Positions 48,946 to 61,468 of a stretch of DNA of 64,000 bases are shown here, piece by piece. Source of the DNA: Squalus acanthias. Lineage: Eukaryota. Under the pieces are notes generated by a model. It had not been told where the DNA came from and searched no databases. It worked only from the letters and a program-made list of their open reading frames with translations. The stretch covers positions 248,001-312,000 of the forward strand of contig JASTWF010000418.1 of the NCBI GenBank assembly GCA_030390025.1, in the 5' to 3' direction. Within the stretch, counting starts at the first letter, position 1. Each line of letters opens with the position of its first letter. Position numbers and translations under genes: made by a program.

Positions 48946-49389
48946 AGACCACACTTGGAGCTAGTTCTGGTCTCCACATCCCTTGGTTAGACCACACTTG
49001 GAGCAATGTGCACAGTTCTGCTCTCCATATAACTTGGTTAGACCACACTTGGAGCACTGTGCACAGTTCTGTTCTCCATATACCTTGGTTAGACCACACT
49101 TGGAGCACTGTGCACAGTTCTGTTCTCCATAAACCTTGGTTAGACCGCACTTGGAGCACTGTGAACAGTTCTGTTCTCCATATACCTTGGTTAGACCGCA
49201 CTTGGAGCACTGTGCACAGTTCTGTTCTCCATAAACCTTGGTTAGACCGCACTTGGAGCACTGTGAACAGTTCTGTTCTCCATATATCTTGGTTAGACCA
49301 CACTTGGAGCACTGTGCACAGTTCTGTTCTCCATATACCTTGGTTAGACCACACTTGGAGCAATGTGCACAGTTCTGGCCTCCATATTA

Positions 49390-50135
49390 CAAAAAAATAC
49401 AGCGAGGCATTGAAGAAGGTGCAATAAAAATTTACAAGGATGATGCCAGAACTGAGAGGATATACTTATCAGGAAAGACTGAACAGGCTAGGGCTCTTTT
49501 CTCTCGAAAAAGAGAAGGCTGATAGAGGTCTTTCAAATTATGAAACAGTTTGATAGGGTAAACAGAGACAAAATGTTTCCACTTGCAGAGGAGACCAGAA
49601 CTAGTTGACATAAATATATGATAGTCACTAAGGCGATTGACAAAAGAACTAGAGGCAACCTGAGGAAAAGCTTCAATACGCAGCGAGTGATCAGGATCGG
49701 GAATGCACTGCTTAATGGGGCGATGGATACAGACTCAATAGTGGCCTTCAAAAGGGAATTGGATAAATACTTGAAGGAGAAAACATTGCAGGGATCTGGG
49801 GAATGAGCGGGGAGAATGGGACTAACTGGGTTGCTCTTAGAAAGAGCTGATGCAGACTCGATGGGCTGAATGGCCTCCTTCTGTGCTGTACTATTCTACG
49901 ATTCTAATAAATTGAAGAAGGAATTCAGGAGAAACTTCTTTACCCAGCGAGTGCTGAGAATGTGGAACTCGTCACCACAGGGAGTGGTTGAGGCGAATAT
50001 CACAGAGGTCTTTAAGGGGAGGCTAGATAAAGACATGAGGGAGAAAGGAATAGCAGCTTATGCTGGTAGGGTGAGATGAAGAGGGGAGGGAGAAGGCAGC
50101 ATGGAGCAGTTGGGCCGAATGGCCTTTTCCTGCTC
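49390..50135 (+). mobile_element. Degenerate CR1 3' fragments
   Basis: EFRRNFFTQRVLRMWN and related segments. Confidence 0.75.
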
Positions 50136-50170
50136 GATAAACTCAATGTAATTCTCGAAGTAAACCTTAC

Positions 50171-50216
50171 CAGCCAGGAGGAAGATGTGGACAGAGAGTG
50201 AAATCACCGACTTCAT
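50171..50216 (-). CDS. IgSF receptor exon 1: leader MKSVISLSVHIFLLA(G)
   Basis: 46-nt phase-1 exon, hydrophobic, G|GTAAGG donor; splices in frame to the V exon (split leader as in Ig/TCR). Confidence 0.88.
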
Positions 50217-50465
50217 GTTGGGAGGAGAGCTGACACGACACATCCTTCTCAACGGCTGGAGTCCAATCTTCTGGTCCTCGCACACACCCCCTTTCAGAGC
50301 GAGTCAGCCTCTGTCCTTCCTCTCCATTCATTGGTCACCAGTCCCGGACACAGTTTCCTGTGTGTGATTGACAGGCTGAGGGACTTCCCTCATTAGCCAG
50401 AGGTGGTGAGGCTGGAGACTGAGGCTGGGCACAGCGGAGGGCACTGGGCAACGAGAGCGGACCCT
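50217..50465 (-). promoter_or_regulatory. Candidate promoter/5' UTR: CCAAT (50330-50334), ETS-like CAGGAAACT (50352-50360), NF-kB-like GGGACTTCCC (50380-50389)
   Basis: The only non-repeat sequence between the leader ATG and the satellite; motif matches only. Confidence 0.55.
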
Positions 50466-50469
50466 GCCC

Positions 50470-52955
50470 TCCCCTCAGACCCTCTGATCCTCAGTCTCAC
50501 TGACTCTCAGACCCTCTGACCCTCAGTCCCTCTGACCCTCAGTCCCTCTGACCCTCAGTCCCTCTGATCCTCAGACCCTCTTACCCTCAGTCCCTCTGAC
50601 CCTCAGTCCCTCTGACCCTCAGTCCCTCCGAGTCTCAGTCTCTCTGACCCTCAGTCCCTCTGACCCTCAGTCTCTCTGACCCTCAGTCCCTCTGACCCTC
50701 AGACACTCTGACACTCAGTCCCTCCTAACCTCAGTCTCTCTGACCCTCAGTCCCTCTGACCCTCAGTCTCTCTGACCCTCAGTCCCACTGACCCTCAGTC
50801 CCACTGACCCTCAGTCCCTCTGACCCTCAGTCCCTCTGACCCTCAGTCCCTCTGATCCTCAGACCCTCTTACCCTCAGTCCCTCTGACCCTCAGTCCCTC
50901 TGACCCTGAGTCCCACTGACCCTCAGTCCCTCTGACCCTCAGTCCCACTGACCCTCAGTCCCACTGACACTCAGTCCCACTGACCCTCAGACACTCTGAC
51001 ACTCAGTCCCTCCGACCCTCAGTCTCTCTGACCCTCAGTCCCTCTGACCCTCAGTCTCTCTGACCCTCAGTCCCACTGACCCTCAGTCCCACTGACCCTC
51101 AGTCCCTCTGACCCTCAGTCCCTCTGACCCTCAGTCCCTCTGACCCTCAGTCCCTCTGATCCTCAGACCCTCTTACCCTCAGTCCCTCTGACCCTCAGTC
51201 CCTCTGACCCCCAGTCCCACTGACACTCAGTCCCTCTGACCCTCAGTCCCACTGACCCTCAGTCCCTCTGACCCTCAGTCCCTCTGACCCTCAGTCCCAC
51301 TGACACTCAGTCCATCTGATCATCACTCCCTCTGACCCTCAGTCCCACTGACACTCAGTCCATCTGATCATCACTCCCTCTGACCCTCAGTCCCACTGAC
51401 CCTCTGACCCTCAGTCCCTCTGACCCTCAGTCCCTCTGACCCTCAGTCCCACTGACCCTCTGACCCTCACTCCCTATGACCCTCAGTCCCACTGACCCTC
51501 AGTCCCACTGACGCTCAGTGCCACTGACCCTCAGTCCATCTGACCCTCAGTCCCTCTGACCCTCAGTCCATCTGACCCTCAGTCCCTCTGACCCTCAGTC
51601 CCTCTGATCCTCAATCCCTCAGACCCTCAGTCCCACTGACACTCAGTCCCTCTGACCCTCAGTCCCTCTGACCCTCAGTCCCTCTGATCCTCAGTCCCTC
51701 TGACTCTCAGTCCCTCAGACACTCTGACCCTCAGTCCCACTGACGCTCAGTGCCACTGACCCTCAGACCCTCTGACCCTCAGTCCCTCTGACCCTCAGTC
51801 CCTCTGACCCTCAGTCCCACTGACCCTCTGACCCTCACTCCCTATGACACTCAGACCCTCTGACCCTCAGTCCCTCTGAACCTAAGTCCCAGTGACCCTC
51901 AGTCCCTCTGACCCTCAGTCCCTCTGACCCTCAGTCCCTCTGACCCTCAGTCCCACTGACCCTCTGACCCTCACTCCCTATGACCCTCAGTCCCACTGAC
52001 CCTCAGTCCCTCTGATCCTCAGTCCCACTGACCCTCAGTCCATCTGACCCTCAGTCCCTCTGACCCTCAGTCCCTCTGATCCTCAGTCCCTCTGGCCCTC
52101 AGTCCCACTGACCCTCAGTCCCTCTGACTCTCAGTCCCACTGACCCTCAGTCCCTCTGACCCTCAATCCCTCAGACCCTCAGTCCCACTGACACTCAGTC
52201 CCTCTGATCCTAAGTACCTCTGAACTTCAGTCCCTCAGACCCTCAGTCCCTTTGACCCTCAGTCCCACTGACCCTCAGTCCCTCTGACCCTCAGTCCCTC
52301 CGTCCACCTGACCATCACTCCCTCTGGCCCTCAGTCCCGCTGACCCTCAGTCCCTCTGACCCTGAGTCCCTCTGACCATCAGTCCCTCTGACCCTCAGTC
52401 CCTCTGACCCTCAGTCACACTGACCCTCAGTCCCGCTGACCCTCAGTCCCTCTGACCCTCAGTCCCACTGACCCTCAGTCCCACTGACCCTCAGTCCCTC
52501 TGACGTTCAGTCCCTCCGACCCTCAGTCCCTCTGACCCTCAGTCCCTCTGACGCTCAGTCCCTCTGACCCTCAGTCCCTTGACCCTCACTCCCTTGACCC
52601 TCAGTCCCACAGACCCTCAGTCCCTCTGACCCTTAGTCCCTCTGACCCTCATTCTCACTGACCCTCAGTCCCTCTGACCCTCAGTCCCTCTGACCCTCAG
52701 TCCCTCTGACCCTCAGTCCCTCAGTCCCTCTGACCCTCAGTCCCTCAGTCCCACTGTGCCTCAGTCCCTCTGACCCTCAGTCCCACTGAACCTCACTCCC
52801 TCTGAGCTCAGTCCCTCTGACCCTCACTCCCTCTGACGCTCAGTCTCTCTGACCCTCAGTCTCACTGACCCTCACTCCCTATGACCCTCACTTCCTCTGA
52901 CCCTCAGTCCCTCTGACCCTCAGTCCCTCTGACCCTCAGTCCCTCTGACCCTCAC
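50470..52955. repeat. 16-bp satellite (paralog of 1-12540)
   Basis: Same unit. Confidence 0.95.
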
Positions 52956-53680
52956 AGTGCAGTGCTCCCTCAGTACTGCCCCTCCGACAGTGCAGCGCCC
53001 CCTCAGTACTGACCCTCCGACAGTGCAGTGCTCCCTCAGTACCGCCCATCCAACTGTGCAGCTCTCCCTCAGTACTTCCCCTCCGACAGTGCAGCGCTCC
53101 CTCAGTACTGCCCCTCCAACAGTGCAGTGCTCCCTCAGTGCTGCCCCTCCAACTGTGCAGCGCTTCCGCAGTACTGCCCCTCCGACAGTGCGGCGCTCCT
53201 TCAGTACTGCCCCTCCAACAGTGCAGCACTCCCTCAGTACAGACCCTCCGACAGTGCGGTGCTCCCTCAGTACTGCCCCTCCGGCAGTGCGGCGCTCCCT
53301 CAGTACTGCCCCTCCGACAGTGCGGCGCTCCCTCAGTACTGCCGCTCCGACAGTGCGGCGCTCCCTCAGTACTGCCCCTCCGGCAGTGCGGCGCTCCCTC
53401 AGTACTGCCGCTCCGACAGTGCGGCGCTCCCTCAGTACTGCCCCTCCGACAGTGCAGCGCTCCCTCAGTACTGCCCCTCCGACAGTGCTGTGCTCCCTCA
53501 GTACTGCCCCTCCGACAGTGCGGTGCTCCCTCAGTACTGTCCCTCCGACAGTGCGGTGCTCCCTCAGTACTGCCCCTCCGACAGTGCAGCGCTCCCTCAG
53601 TACTGCCCCTCCGGCAGTGCGGCGCTCCCTCAGTACTGCCACTGAGACAGTTCGGCGCTCCCTCAGTACTGACCCTCATT
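52956..53680. repeat. 33-bp minisatellite (paralog of 12541-13490)
   Basis: Same unit and same junction to the CR1. Confidence 0.9.
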
Positions 53681-53714
53681 CCCTCTGACCTTCTCCTCCC
53701 CTCAGTCCCTCCAA

Positions 53715-56700
53715 CCGTTTCCACAGCCCTCTGGCGTAGATCATTCCAAAGATTCACAACCCTCTGAGCGAAGAAATTCCTCCTCATCTCAGTCTTAAAT
53801 GGCCGACCACTTATCCTGAGACTGTGACCCCTAGTTCTAGACACTCCAGCCAGGGGGAAAACAACCTCTCAGCATCTACCCTGTCAATGCCCCTCAGAAT
53901 CTTGTATGTTTCAATGAGATCACCTCTCATTCTTCTAAACTCCAGAGAGTATTGGCCCATTCTACACAATCTCTCATCACAGGACAGCCCTCTCATCCCA
54001 GGAATCAATCTAGTGAACCTTCGTTGCACCGCCTCCAAGGCAAGTATATCCTTCCTTAGATAAGGAGACCAAAACTGTGCACAGTACTCCAGGTGTGGTC
54101 TCACCAAGGCCCTGTACAATTGTAGCAAGACTTCCTTACTCTTATACTCCAACCCCCTTGCAATAAAGGCCAACATGCCATTTGCCTTCCGAATTGCTTG
54201 CTGTACCTGCAATGCTAGCTTTCTGTGTTTCTTGCACAAGGACATCCAAATCCCTCTGAACACCAACATTTAATAGTTTCTCACCATTTAAAAATATTCT
54301 GTTTTTCTATTCTTGCGACCAAATTGAATAACCTCACCTGTCCCCTCTGGTTCTTTTGTCAAATACCTTAAACCTGTGCTCTCTGGTGTCCGACCCTCCT
54401 GCCACTGGAAGCAGTTTCTCCTTATTTCCTCCATCAAAACCCTTGTTGATTTTGAACACCTCTATCAAATCTCCCCTTAACCTTCTCTGCTCTGAGGAGA
54501 ACAACCCCAGCTTCTCCAGTCTCTCCACATATCTGAAATCATTCTTCCCTGGGACGCTCCCAGTAAATTTCCACTGCACCCTCTCTGGAATTTTTTGAGG
54601 CTGTAACTGGTAGAATAGATAAGGGAGAACCAGTAGATGTGATGTATTTGGACTTTCAGAAGGCTTTCGATAAGGTCCCGCATAAGAGATTAGCGTGTAA
54701 AGCTAAGGCACATGGGATTGGGGGTAAGGTACTGACTTGGATAGAGAACTGGTTGGCAGACAGAAAGCAAAGAGTTGGAATAAACGGGTCTTTTTCCGAG
54801 TGGCAGGCAGTGACTAGTGGGGTACCGCAGGGATCGGTGCTAGGACCCCAGCTATTCACAATATATATTAATGATCTAGACGAGGGAACTAGATATAATA
54901 TCTCTAAGTTTGCAGACGACACAATGGGTGAAACTAGAACTAGGGGGCATAGTCTTAGAATAAGGGGCTGCTCTTTCAAAACTGAGATGAGAAGGAACTA
55001 CTTCACTCAGAGGGTGGTAGGTCCATGGAATATGCTGCCCCAAAAAGCTGTAGAAGCTACATCATTACATAAATTTAAAACAGAAACAGACAGTTTCCTA
55101 GAAGTAAAGGGAATTAAGGGTTACGGGATGCGGGCAGGAATTTGGACATGAGTCTAGGTTCGGATCGGTCATGGCCCTGTGGGTAGCTTAGCGGGCCCAG
55201 GGGCCGTGTAGCCTGATCCTGCTCCTATTTCGTGTGTCCAATTCTGTTAGGTTCAGGAGATGGTTCTGTGATAGTAGATTGGCGGTTAGGATCAGATCAG
55301 CCATGATCTTATTGAATGGCGGAGCAGGCTCGAGGGGCCAATTTGCCTACTCCTGCTCCTATTTCTTATGTTCTTATGTTCTTATTAAAGCTGGGTGGGC
55401 GTGTGTGCTGTGAGGAGGATGCAGAGAAACTCCAGTATGATTTGGACAGGTTGGGTAATTGGACAGATGCATGGCAGATGCAGTATAATGTGGATAAATG
55501 CGAGGTTATCCACTTTGGTGGCAAAAACAGGAAGACAGATTATTATCTGAATGGCAATAGATTGATAAAAAGGGGAAGTGCAACGAGACCTGGGAGTCCT
55601 TGTGCACCAGTCACTGAAGGTAAGCATGCAGGTGCAGCAGGCGGTTAGAAAGGCAAATGGTATGTTGGCCTTCATAGTGAGAGGATTCGAGTACAGGAGC
55701 AAGGATGTCTTGCTGCAGTTGTACAAGGCCTTGGTGAGACAACACCTTGAGTATTGTGTGCAATTTTGGTCACCTTATCTGAGGAAGGATGTTCTTGCCA
55801 TGGAGGGAGTTCAGCAAAGATTCACCAGACTGATACCTGGGATGGCAGGAATGACGTATGAAGAGAGATTGGGTCGATTAGGCTTATATTCGCTAGAGTT
55901 TCGAAGAATGAGAGGGGATCTCATTGAAACTTAGAAAATTCTAACAGGACTCGACAGACTAGATGCAGGAAGGATGTTCCCGATGGCGGGGGAGTCCAGA
56001 ACCAGAGGCCACAGTCTAAGGACAAGGGGTAAGCCATTTAGAACTGAGATGAGGAGGAATTTCTTCACCCAGCGAGTGGTGAACCTGTGGAATTCTCTAC
56101 CACAGAAGGCAGTTGAGGCCAATTCATTAAATATATTCAAGAAGGAGTTAGATATATTTCTTAAGGCTAAAGGGATCAAGGGATATGGGGAGAAGGCAGG
56201 GACAGGGTACTGAGTTTGGATGATCAGCCATGATCTCATCGAATGGCGGAGCAGGCTCGAGGGGCCGAATGGCCTACTCCTGCTCCTATCTTCTATGTTT
56301 CTATGTTTCTGCCCAGAATTGGACTCAGTGCTCCAGTTGGGGCCTAACCAGTGATTTGTAAAGGTTCAGCATAACTTCCTTGGTTTTGTACTCTCCGCAT
56401 CTATTAATAGACCCAAGGATCCTGTATACATTTTTAACAACCTTCTCAAATAGTCCTCCCATCTTCAAAGAATTGTGTACGTACACGCCCAAGGTCTCTC
56501 TCTTCCTGCACACTCTTTGAAATTGTATCATTTAGTTTATATTGCCTCTCAATTCTTCCGACCAAAATGTATCACTTCGCACTTCTCTGCGTTAAACTTC
56601 ATCTGCCATGTGTCTGCCCATTCCACCAGCCTGTCTCTGGCCCCCTGAAGTCTGCTACTATCCTCCTCACTGTTGACGACATTTCCGTGTTTTGTGTCAT

Positions 56701-57270
56701 CTACAAACTTGGAAATTATGCCCTGTAGACCCAAGTCTAGGTCATTAATATATATCAAAAAGAGCAGTGGTCCTAATACTGACCCCATGGGGGACACCAC
56801 TGTATACTTCCCTCCAGTCTCAAAAAACAACCATTCACCACAACTCTCTGCTTTCTGTCTCTTAGCCAATGTTGTTATCCATGTAGACACTGTCCTTTAA
56901 TCAGAGAGTTAGAACATAAGATAAGAACGTAAGAAATAGGAGCTGGAGTCGGCCATTTGGCCCCTCGAGCCTGCTCCGCCATTCAATGAGATCATGGCTG
57001 ATCTTCTAGCTCAACTCCACCTTCCCGAACTAGCCCCATATCAATATTCAAAAATCTATCGATCTCTGTCTTGAATAAACTCAACAACTGAGCCTCCACA
57101 GCCCTCTGGGGGAGAGAATTCCAAAGATTCACAACCCTCTGAGTGAAGAAATTTCTCCTCATCTCAGTCCTAAATGGCCGACCCCTTATTCTGAGACTGT
57201 GACCCCTGGTTCTAGACTCCCCAGCCAGGGGAAACATCCTCCCTGCATCTACCCTGTCAAGCCCTGTAAG
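53715..57270. mobile_element. Nested CR1 fragments (paralog of 13530-17365)
   Basis: Near-identical ORF fragments in the same order. Confidence 0.9.
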
Positions 57271-57277
57271 AATGTTA

Positions 57278-60200
57278 GTAAGAGTACAGAGAACAGGATA
57301 GTTAGGCTAAATACGTGGCTTGAGCAGTGGTGTAAGAGGGAGGGTTTTAAATTTTTGAGGCATTGGGACCAGTTTTGTGGTAGGTGTGACCTATACAAAA
57401 GGGACGGTCTACACCTGTGCAAAGATGGAACTGAGGTTCTCGGGGTAAATTTTGATAAAGCAGTTCGGGAGCATTTAAACTAGTATGGCAGGGGGCTAGA
57501 AACCCATGTAGTGAAATAGAGGAAAGTGAAAGGCAGACAGAAATAAATGGTAAAAAGGAGAGGAACAAAAAACAAAGGGCCAAACTAATTCATAAAAAAT
57601 GTGAGCATAAAAAAAGCCTGAGGGTTTTATACCTTAATGCGAGAAGCATCAGGAACAAGGTAGATGAATTAGCTGTGGAAATAGAGGTTAATAATTATGA
57701 TCTAATTGGGATTACGGAAACATGGTTGCAGGGTGAGCAGGGCTGGGAGCTTAACATACAGGGGTATTCAGTATTTAGGAAGGATCGACAAAAAAGAAAG
57801 GGAGGAGGGGTAGCATTGCTGGTAAAAGAGGGGATAAATGCAATTGAAAGGAAGGATATTAACTCAGTTAATACAGAATCTATATGGGTGGAGCTAAGAA
57901 ATAGCGAGGGGCGAAAAACATTAATAGGAGTGGTATATAGGCCTCCAAATAGTAAAATAGAGGTTGGGGAGGGCATCACGAGGGAAATTAGAGAAGCGTG
58001 CAATAAGAGCACAGCTGTCATCATAGGTGACTTTAACTTACATATAGATTGGACTAGCCTAATCAGTAAAAATAATGAGGAGGAGGAATTCCTTGAGTGT
58101 TTAAGGGATGGTTATCTGGATCAATATGTCGAGGAACCAACTCGGGAACAGGCTATATTGGACTGGGTACTGTGCAATGAGAAGGGACTAATTAGTAATC
58201 TTGTTGTACGGGGACCCTTGGGTCAGAGCGATCATAACATGATCGATTTCTCACTCGAAATGGAGAGCGAAGAAATTGACTCAGAGACTCAGGTCCTGAA
58301 TTTAAACAAGGGGAATTATGATGCCATTAGACGGGAACTGAGTAGGTCTGATTGGACAACGTTCCTGGGAGGACTGGAGGTAGATAAACAATGGCAAGCA
58401 TTTAAAGATAGAATGACAAAATTGCAAAAATTGTTTATACCAATCTGGCATAAAAGGAAATCTAAAAAGGTGACTCAACCGTGGATAACAGGGGAAATTA
58501 GAGACAGCATAAAATCCAAAGATAGGGCGTATAAAATAGCCAAAAAACGCGCCAGAGCGGAAGATTGGGAACAGTTTAAGATAGAGCAAAGGAGGGCAAA
58601 GGGCTTAATCAAGAAGGGCAAAATAGCTTACGAAAGCAAGCTGGCGGAAAATATAAAAACTAACTCCAAAAGCTTTTATAAGTATATCAAGAGGAAAAGA
58701 CTGGTGAAAACCAAAGTTGGTCCATTGCAGTCAGATACGGGGGAATATATAATGGGAAATAAGGAAATGGCAGACCAACTAAATGCATACTTTGGGTCAG
58801 TCTTTACGAAGGAAGACACAAAAAACCTCCCTGGGATATCGGGAAAAATAGGGACATTGGCAAAGGAGGAACTGACGCAAATCAATATCTCTAAGGATAT
58901 GGTGTTAAGGAAGCTAAAGGGATTGAAGGCGGACAAATCCCCAGGGCCTGATAACATGCATCCTAGGGTACTGAAGGAGGTGGCCCTAGAGATAGCGGAT
59001 GCACTAAGCATGATTTTTCAGAATTCATTAGACTCGGGAACAGTGCCCATGGATTGGAGGGTAGCTAACGTTACCCCACTATTCAAAAAGGGGGGTAGGG
59101 AAAAAGCAGGTAATTACAGACCTGTAAGCCTTACATCAGTTGTGGGCAAAATGCTGGAGTCCATCATTAAGGATGAAATAGCCGAGCACTTAGCAAATGG
59201 GGACAGGATAGGACAGAGTCAACATGGATTTACAAAGGGTAAATCGTGCTTGACTAATCTATTGGAATTTTTTGAGGGAGTAACTGGTAAAATAGATGGG
59301 GGAGAGCCAGTAGATGTGGTGTACCTGGACTTCCAAAAGGCCTTCGATAAGGTCCCACATAAAAGATTAGCATGGAAAATTGAAGCTCATGGGATAAAGG
59401 GGAAAGTATTGACGTGGATAGAGAACTGGCTGTCAGATAGAAAACAGAGAGTTGGAATAAACGGCTCATTTTCTGAATGGCAGGCAGTAACAAGTGGGGT
59501 ACCACAGGGATCTGTCCTGGGTCCCCAGCTGTTCACAATTTATATTAATGACCTGGATCAGGGAGTCGAATGCAGCATTTCCAAATTTGCAGACGACACT
59601 AAACTAGGAGGGCGGGTGGGCTCAGAGGAGGAGACCAGGAAGCTCCAGAGCGATTTGGACAGACTGGGTGATTGGGCGGATAAATGGCAGATGCACTATA
59701 ATGTGGACAAGTGCGAAGTTATCCACCTTGGGTGCAGGAACGGGAGGGCAAATTATTATTTAAATGGCAATAAATTGGGAGAGGGGGAAGTACAGAGAGA
59801 CCTGGGTGTTCTTGTACACCAGTCACTGAAGGCGAGCATGCAGGTGCAACAGGCGGTCAAGAAGGCAAACGGTATGCTGGCCTTCATAGCAAAAGGGTTG
59901 GAATACAGGAACAGGGATACCTTGCTGCAGCTGTACAGGGCACTGGTGAGACCACACCTCGAGTACTGTGTACAGTTTTGGTCGCCTCATCTGAGGAAAG
60001 ATGTTCTTGCCATGGAGGGGGTGCAGCGGCGATTCACCAGGCTGATACCAGGAATGGCGGGATTGACCTATGAGGAGAGACTATGTAGTTTAGGGATGTA
60101 CACACTGGAGTTTAGAAGATTGAGAGGGGACCTCATAGAAGTGTATAAAATTCTGACAGGTCTAGACAGATTAGATGCAGAAGGAATGTTTCCCTTGGCG

Positions 60201-60525
60201 GGTGAGAACAGAACTAGAGGACATAATTTAAGGATAAGGGCTAAACCATTTAGGACAGAAATGAGGGGGAATTTCTTCACTCAGAGAGTGGTGAACCTGT
60301 GGAACTCATTGCCACAGAGGGCAGTGTACGCCAGCTCATTAAATATATTTAAGAGGGAATTAGATATATTTCTACAGGCAAAAGGGGTTAAGGGTTACGG
60401 AGAGAAGGCGGGGACGGGATACTGAATTGAAGGATCAGCCATGATCTCATTAAATGGCGGAGCAGGCTCGAAGGGCCGGATGGCCTACTCCTGCTCCTAT
60501 CTTCTATGTATCTATGTATCTATGT
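57278..60525 (+). mobile_element. Young 5'-truncated CR1 with intact ORF2, inserted in an older CR1; TSD AATGTTA
   Basis: TSD at 57271-57277 and 60526-60532; empty site at ~17366; ORF2 differs from 7594-10344 at 2 residues. Confidence 0.95.
57675..60425 (+). CDS. CR1 ORF2p (endonuclease plus RT); frame is open upstream of this coordinate
   Basis: 916 aa open, same motifs as the left copy. Confidence 0.9.
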   Translation: MEIEVNNYDLIGITETWLQGEQGWELNIQGYSVFRKDRQKRKGGGVALLVKEGINAIERKDINSVNTESIWVELRNSEGRKTLIGVVYRPPNSKIEVGEGITREIREACNKSTAVIIGDFNLHIDWTSLISKNNEEEEFLECLRDGYLDQYVEEPTREQAILDWVLCNEKGLISNLVVRGPLGQSDHNMIDFSLEMESEEIDSETQVLNLNKGNYDAIRRELSRSDWTTFLGGLEVDKQWQAFKDRMTKLQKLFIPIWHKRKSKKVTQPWITGEIRDSIKSKDRAYKIAKKRARAEDWEQFKIEQRRAKGLIKKGKIAYESKLAENIKTNSKSFYKYIKRKRLVKTKVGPLQSDTGEYIMGNKEMADQLNAYFGSVFTKEDTKNLPGISGKIGTLAKEELTQINISKDMVLRKLKGLKADKSPGPDNMHPRVLKEVALEIADALSMIFQNSLDSGTVPMDWRVANVTPLFKKGGREKAGNYRPVSLTSVVGKMLESIIKDEIAEHLANGDRIGQSQHGFTKGKSCLTNLLEFFEGVTGKIDGGEPVDVVYLDFQKAFDKVPHKRLAWKIEAHGIKGKVLTWIENWLSDRKQRVGINGSFSEWQAVTSGVPQGSVLGPQLFTIYINDLDQGVECSISKFADDTKLGGRVGSEEETRKLQSDLDRLGDWADKWQMHYNVDKCEVIHLGCRNGRANYYLNGNKLGEGEVQRDLGVLVHQSLKASMQVQQAVKKANGMLAFIAKGLEYRNRDTLLQLYRALVRPHLEYCVQFWSPHLRKDVLAMEGVQRRFTRLIPGMAGLTYEERLCSLGMYTLEFRRLRGDLIEVYKILTGLDRLDAEGMFPLAGENRTRGHNLRIRAKPFRTEMRGNFFTQRVVNLWNSLPQRAVYASSLNIFKRELDIFLQAKGVKGYGEKAGTGY

Positions 60526-61468
60526 AATGTTATATGTTTCAATGAGATCACCTCTCATTCTTCTAAACTCCAGAGAATATAAACCCAGTCTACTCAATCT
60601 CTCCTCATAGGACATTCCCCCCATCCCAGGAATCAGTCTGGTGAACCTTCGTTGCACTCCCTCTAAGGCAAGTATATCCTTCCTTAGGTAAGGAGACCAA
60701 AACTGTACACAATACTCCAGGTGTGGTCTCACCAATGCCCTGTATAATTGTAGTAAGACTTCTTTACTCTTGTACTCTAATCCTTTTGTCACAAAAGCTA
60801 ACATACCATTTGCTTTCCCAATTGCTTGCTGTACCTGCATGTTAACTTTCTGTGATTCATGTACAAGGACACCCAGGTCCCTCTGAGTGCAAACATTTCC
60901 CAGTCCCTCACCATTCAAAAAATATTCTGCTTTGTTGTTTTCCCTACCAACGTGGATAACTTCCCACTTCCCCACATTGTATTCCATTTGCCATGTTCTT
61001 GCCCACTCAGTCAACCTGTCTAATAGACCCAGAAATTCCGATCGCAGGCCTCCCGCGGGCGGAGGGCTGCCATCTGGAAAAATCTCTCGCCTGGACCGGA
61101 GGGCTCCCGGGAGGCGCAGAGTTCGGCTGCTGGGCCTCTCCAAACTGTCGGTGCGCGGGGCCCACGTATCCCAGAGGCGCAGGCGGATCACAGCGTCCCT
61201 GGGATCACGTGGGCCATGGGGAGCCAATCAGAGAAGGGAATCTCCCTTCATACATTTGACAGGAAGACCTGTCAAATATATGAATAGAGATCACCCCCAA
61301 AACATAGTAATGTTGAGGCTGCCGCGAAACACGAATTAAGGCTGAATCCATGTGTGTTAAACAAGAGACTTTTTAATCACTGTATGGCACAAAATGGCTG
61401 CACAGAAAAGCTCCCAGAATTCTCTGGGCAAAACCTGAGGCCCCGCCCACTCCTGCCTTAAAGGTAAG

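Noticed and set aside
26867-50216. Naming the gene IgNAR, IgW, IgM or SIRP
   Set aside because: V+5C before the duplication matches the IgNAR domain count, but the V retains a full C'/C'' region and the TM and tail are not IgH-type. No ITIM or charged TM residue supports SIRP. No symbol was assigned without a search.
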